DNA from: Nemertoderma westbladi
Lineage: Eukaryota; Animalia; Xenacoelomorpha
Direction: 5' to 3'
Length of the DNA: 64,000 nucleotides
Assembly: GCA_032718475.1 (NCBI GenBank)
Contig: JAUCBJ010006938.1
Coordinates: 62,001 to 126,000 of the forward strand
Shown: piece by piece, positions 62,312-64,000 of the stretch
How the letters are laid out: every line of letters begins with the position of its first letter
Position numbering within the stretch: the stretch's first letter is position 1
Notes under the pieces: model-generated
The model's input: only the letters and a program-made list of their open reading frames with translations
Database searches by the model: none
Told to the model about the DNA's origin: nothing
Translations under genes and position numbers: made by a program

Positions 62312-63067
62312 TTAAAAACTTGGGCCGGATTGGGTGGCTGCATTCGGTACAAGGTGACGGAGGATGCAACCATCATGGTTGCATTTACGGGCATTTTCTC
62401 CAAATCTATTGTGGAAATAACAAAGTTCATTCCGGGCTTTTGTTCTTTGCTTTGAAGGAGGCGGCGCGGAATGTGTAGAGTTGATGCCTGGGTGGCCGAA
62501 ATTATTGGCTGAAGCTTCAATAATGTTATCTGCCTCTATTGCCAGTTGGTCAAGCTCCGACGTTTTGGAACCAGCCAGGATACGGCGCACTTCGATAGGC
62601 ATTTGAGCCAGGAAAAGAGCATGGAATATTGTCTCAGGGTTGCCATTGAGAGAACGCATGTGTCGAAGCAGTCCCGATGGTGTACGATCCCCAAGACCAG
62701 ATAATGACAGTAATTCATTGTCTTTGGCCGCTTGAGATTTACCAAAGGTTTTGATGAGGGCTGTCTTCAGAGTTTCATAGCGATCATCAATTGGAGGGCT
62801 GAGGATAATCGATCTAACTTCTTTAGCAGTGGCATTGTCCAGAGCTGCAACGATGTAATTAAACTTTGTCTTGTCGACAGTAATCGGGGGTGTTCTCGAG
62901 TCAAACTGCGCCTCCACTTGAGCAAACCAAACTTCTGGTTCGGCTGTCCAGAACATAGGGAGTTTGACAGAAACGGACGAAATTACTGGTGCAGGAGATG
63001 GATCAGTGACAGGCGTCGTTAGGTTTTTGATGGCCTGAGCTAGTAGCTGAATGTCGTTTTGATCCAT
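62312..63067 (-). CDS. Gypsy 2 gag with CHCC finger
   Basis: VKLPMFWTAEPEVWFAQVEAQF; CYFHNRFGENARKCNHDGC. Confidence 0.9.
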   Translation of the reverse strand: MDQNDIQLLAQAIKNLTTPVTDPSPAPVISSVSVKLPMFWTAEPEVWFAQVEAQFDSRTPPITVDKTKFNYIVAALDNATAKEVRSIILSPPIDDRYETLKTALIKTFGKSQAAKDNELLSLSGLGDRTPSGLLRHMRSLNGNPETIFHALFLAQMPIEVRRILAGSKTSELDQLAIEADNIIEASANNFGHPGINSTHSAPPPSKQRTKARNELCYFHNRFGENARKCNHDGCILRHLVPNAATQSGPSF

Positions 63068-63238
63068 CACGTGTGTTTTTGCTTGGTACAATGAGTTCGG
63101 CGTCCGGGTCACCAGTTGAGCGTGAGCTAAGTTTAGTGTATTATTATCTTTTGATCATTAAAATAATACGTAATAAAAGTATTAATACATATATGCGTCT
63201 TTCAGTACAAAGTGTAGTGATCTAGCTAGCTATATGAA

Positions 63239-64000
63239 CTAAAAGATATACGCCGATATACGGCGTACTGACTGTTGACGTCACGGCTGACGTCACCACG
63301 GTGCAACATACTGATAGGCTGCTACACCGCAACGTGAACGATCTATCGCCGGATTTTCGAGCGGATTCCCCTACATGGCGCCATCCCAGCGCTGCTGCAA
63401 GTGTCGCAGCGGCTCTTGCCGAGGGTGCAAGTGTGCTTGTGCGGGAGTTCCCTGTTCCTCCTGCAAACCTCTGGAGCAGAACTCGTGCGCGAACAGGCCG
63501 AGCTCACCCGATCCAGATAGTCTCGCGATGCCCCCGAGGTACAGCGGTTCCGCGGGCCATGGGGTTCTCGACTATCTGGTATCCAACTCGCCCAGATGGA
63601 AACCGCGTCAAGCCACAGCGGACCTTGCGCATAACGGCTATGTAACCCCGGAAGTTATAAACTCAACCCTGGAGGAGCTCGACGACCTGATGGACCAGAC
63701 TCTAACCCCAGGAGAATTCGATCCGGACTGCACATTAACCCTGCAAATGGGCGCTGGATCCCCGGCCCCCTCATCGGGTCCCCCAGTATCGGTGTCTTAC
63801 CAGTCGGGTTCCCCAGTTCCAGGTGTCGGTTATTCCGTCCCAACCAGTACGGATGTTGATTATCCCGCCCCTACCAGTCCGGCTGTCGGTCATTCTGCCC
63901 CTACCAGTCCAGGAGTCGGTCATTCTGCCCCTACCAGTCCGGGTGTCTGTCATTCTGCCCCTGCCAGTCCGGGTGTCGGTCATTCTGCCCCTACCAGTCC
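63239..64000 (+). mobile_element. 5' end of another CRE-like element; ORF open from ATG 63375 to the window end
   Basis: MAPSQRCCKCRSGSCRGCKCACAGVPCSSCKP..CAN resembles the N-terminus of the CRE at 7672; interrupts the Gypsy 2 LTR. Confidence 0.7.
63781..64000 (+). repeat. 30-bp coding tandem repeat (PTSPGVGHSA)n
   Basis: cctaccagtccgggtgtcggtcattctgcc, runs off the window. Confidence 0.9.

Larger units (their letters stand above)
58910..63238 (-). mobile_element. Gypsy element 2 (CsRn1-like); 5' LTR cut by a later insertion
   Basis: LTRs 58910-59118 and 63117-63238 (partial); PBS tggtgacccggacg (tRNA-Trp-like) ending at 63114; PPT ggggggagcca. Confidence 0.92.

Noticed and set aside
5152-63238. 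Unistrand piRNA-cluster interpretation from minus-oriented LTR elements
   Set aside because: CRE and APE LINEs are on the + strand, so the bias is incomplete and needs small-RNA data

Overview
Eukaryotic (invertebrate-like) AT-rich genomic window that is mostly nested transposable elements around two spliced host genes on the + strand: a multi-domain beta/gamma-crystallin gene (4 exons, 757-4040) and a signal-peptide/PAN-apple/PAN/EGF gene (3 exons, 38054-43214). Mobile DNA comprises two Bel/Pao LTR elements, two CsRn1-type Gypsy elements, three CRE-like RLE non-LTR elements, two APE-type LINEs, RTE fragments, solo LTRs and several minisatellites. Highlights: (1) a 368-bp repeat (36809-37623) in which a type I hammerhead ribozyme sits inside a tRNA-like Pol III unit (box A, box B, T5 terminator), present as direct and inverted copies; (2) a Bel/Pao-derived element lacking RT, RNase H and the integrase core but carrying a decayed extra gene of roughly 1,150-1,200 codons with a DEDDy (WRN/EXD-like) 3'-5' exonuclease and three CCHC knuckles, plus five dispersed copies of a 16-bp palindrome. 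All family assignments come from motif recognition by eye; no database search was run.
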